Source: Candidatus Komeilibacteria bacterium (GTDB lineage: Bacteria > Patescibacteriota > Patescibacteriia > UBA1558 > UBA10009). From it: a stretch of DNA of 59,763 bases. Below are positions 57,901 through 59,763 of the stretch, in pieces. The notes under the pieces are model-generated. The model searched no databases and was not told where the DNA came from. It worked only from the letters and a program-made list of their open reading frames with translations. Position 1 is the first letter of the stretch; each line of letters opens with the position of its first letter. Both the position numbers and the translations under genes were made by a program. The stretch covers positions 1 to 59,763 of the forward strand of contig JAPLWM010000005.1 in NCBI GenBank assembly GCA_026396575.1, given 5' to 3'.

Positions 57901-59496
57901 ATGAAAACAAAATACTTTCTTTATGCCAGAAAATCAACAGAAGACGAGGAACGGCAAGTAATGAGCATTGAAGCTCAATTAACGGAGTTGGCTGACTTTG
58001 CTAAAAGAGAAAATATTGAAATTGTGGAAACTTTCATTGAATCTAAAAGCGCAAAGAAACCGGGCAGAGAAATATTTAACCAAATGATGAGTAAGGTATA
58101 TTCCAGCAAAGAGCCTATCGGCTTAATCGCTTGGCATCCGGATAGATTGGCTCGTAATAGCGTTGATGGAGGACAAATCATTTATTGTATAGATTTAGGT
58201 AAAATAGTTTCTTTGCGCTTTCCAACATTTTGGTTTGAGCCAACTCCGCAAGGATTATTTATGCTTCAAGTGGCTTTTGGCCAATCTAAGTATTACTCTG
58301 ACAATTTAAGTGAAAATGTTAAGCGTGGAATCAGGCAAAAACTCAGGCGCGGAGAGTGTCCGCACTTTGCTCCGTTTGGCTATATTAATAATCCTAAAAC
58401 AAGGAACCTTGAACCGGATGAAGTTAAAGCTAAAATCGTTAAAAAAGCGTTTGAAGAGTTTGCCACCGGCAAACACACCTTGGAATCTCTAAGCGAGTGC
58501 CTGAGTTTTTGGGGCATTACGAGCAAGACAGGAAAACCGCCTTGTAAAGCCACTATTCAAAGGATGTTAAATAACATTACCTATTTAGGTATTATTAAGC
58601 ATAACGGTGAAAGCTATGAGGGCGTTTTTCCTGCTCTAGTTGACAGAGCGACTTTTGAAGCTGTTCAGAAAGTCCAAAAACAACGAGCAAGGCCCAGGAA
58701 GTCCAAAAAGAGGCATAACTTCCCATTTATTGGGTTTTTAAGCTGTGGCGAATGCAAGGCCTCTATTACTGCTCAATTTGCCCACGGCAACGGCGGAACT
58801 TACAGGTATTACCGCTGTACCAAAAGATTGGGGCCTTGCGGGCAAAAATACTTACAAGAGGGCTTGCTGGCCGAACAGTTAAAAGATCAGCTTCAAAAAG
58901 TCGCTCTGCCTGATGATTGGGCTAAGAATATGTTAGCTAAAGTAGATGTTTGGGAAAAAGAAACTAGGCAGTCCAGTCAATCTTTCGCCCAAAATCTTAA
59001 TGACAAAATTAATGAAACAGAGCAGAAATTAGATAGATTGGTAAATACCTTTTTAGAGGGAAATATTGAAAAAGAAATATACCTAATTAAAAAAGATGAA
59101 TTGATTAAAACAAAAACAGACCTTAATAACAAAAAGTCTGATTTTGGGCGAAAGGGCAATTATTGGATTGAACCTTTGCGAAACTGGATAAACACTGCCA
59201 ATCATTGCGGAAAACTTGCTTTGTCCAATGATTTTTACGAAATTAAATCATTGGCGGAAAAAATTAGAACGAACCGCCGCCTGTTCCAGAAAAAAGCTCT
59301 GCTGGATTTTGTTTCGCCTTACAATTTAATCCCTAAATATATAGGTTTTGGCGGCGCGGGTAGCGCCCCAGTTACGCTGGGGCGTAAGGATAAAAGTTTT
59401 GAATGTATTGAATGGTCGGGGATGCCGGATTTGAACCGGCGACCTCACGCACCCCATGCGTGCGCGCTAGCCAACTGCGCTAATCCCCGTTATTGA
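57901..59496 (+). CDS. Large serine recombinase (integrase)
   Basis: YARKS catalytic Ser, DRLAR, recombinase domain, CGEC..YYRC Zn ribbon, coiled coil; 3' end overlaps the tRNA antisense. Confidence 0.95.
   Translation: MKTKYFLYARKSTEDEERQVMSIEAQLTELADFAKRENIEIVETFIESKSAKKPGREIFNQMMSKVYSSKEPIGLIAWHPDRLARNSVDGGQIIYCIDLGKIVSLRFPTFWFEPTPQGLFMLQVAFGQSKYYSDNLSENVKRGIRQKLRRGECPHFAPFGYINNPKTRNLEPDEVKAKIVKKAFEEFATGKHTLESLSECLSFWGITSKTGKPPCKATIQRMLNNITYLGIIKHNGESYEGVFPALVDRATFEAVQKVQKQRARPRKSKKRHNFPFIGFLSCGECKASITAQFAHGNGGTYRYYRCTKRLGPCGQKYLQEGLLAEQLKDQLQKVALPDDWAKNMLAKVDVWEKETRQSSQSFAQNLNDKINETEQKLDRLVNTFLEGNIEKEIYLIKKDELIKTKTDLNNKKSDFGRKGNYWIEPLRNWINTANHCGKLALSNDFYEIKSLAEKIRTNRRLFQKKALLDFVSPYNLIPKYIGFGGAGSAPVTLGRKDKSFECIEWSGMPDLNRRPHAPHACALANCANPRY
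59269..59418 (+). repeat. Island right end (attR arm); inverted copy at 57595-57744
   Basis: 150 bp, 1 mismatch (ccagttacg vs ccagctacg). Confidence 0.92.
59413..59489 (-). tRNA. tRNA-Pro(GGG)
   Basis: CGGGGAT/ATCCCCG acceptor, CACGC/GCGTG stem with loop ATGGGGT, GGTTCAAATCC, CCA. Confidence 0.95.
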
Positions 59497-59542
59497 TATT
59501 AATTTAAGCACCTTTACCCGCCAGAGCGATAGCGACGGCGGG

Positions 59543-59578
59543 CCATGCATGCGCGCTAGCCAACTGCGCCACACCCCG
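59543..59578 (-). pseudogene. 5' half of a second tRNA-Pro, broken in the anticodon loop
   Basis: CGGGGTGTGGCGCAGTTGGCTAGCGCGCATGCATGG then unrelated hairpin; TATAAT just upstream. Confidence 0.75.
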
Positions 59579-59763
59579 ATATTAGTGTTATTATAATCAT
59601 AAATCTAAATTTTACAAGCTTTTTAGGCTCTACGCCAAATAGTGTGGTGGAAAAGTCAAAAGCAGTGGTAATATTAGCTTGAAAACAGAGTTTCTCAACT
59701 CAAGGCTAAAATTAATCACTGCTTCTATGAAAAAATGTATCAGTAAAATGTTAAATCTGCAAG

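Larger units (their letters stand above)
48674..59418. mobile_element. Serine-recombinase genomic island integrated at the 3' end of tRNA-Pro
   Basis: TGGTCG core at 48674-48679 and 59413-59418; AT-rich cargo; recombinase at the right end; joined-ends copy inside. Confidence 0.85.

Overview
Bacterial chromosomal window, genetic code 11. Gene content, mostly SD-less AT-rich starts and VirB2-like pilin fusions suggest a Patescibacteria/CPR (Parcubacteria-like) organism (inference). The backbone is housekeeping: parAB, rel, folC, dprA, pth, der, lepB, hisS, rpsU, ybeY, ftsAZ, nrdR, HtrA, prfB, cysS, comEC, ndk and pit. Four accessory elements stand out. (1) A diversity-generating retroelement cassette at 10.4-12.1 kb has a target gene with VR, a 116-bp TR with adenine-specific mismatches, a post-VR hairpin and a 5'-truncated antisense avd, but no reverse transcriptase in the window. 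(2) An 11.5-kb cluster encodes pilin-anchored giant Ig/Cys-rich surface proteins. (3) REP-like palindromes and a RAYT occur, including apparent in-frame insertions in hisS and cysS. (4) A 10.7-kb serine-recombinase defence island (Sir2-HerA, AlwI-type R-M, RadC-MTase fusion) is integrated at the 3' end of tRNA-Pro. It carries an internal inverted copy of its own circle junction (attP), so both the cargo and the recombinase gene are flanked by inverted repeats, and the recombinase has two alternative C-termini. All calls were made by eye from motifs; no database searches were run.
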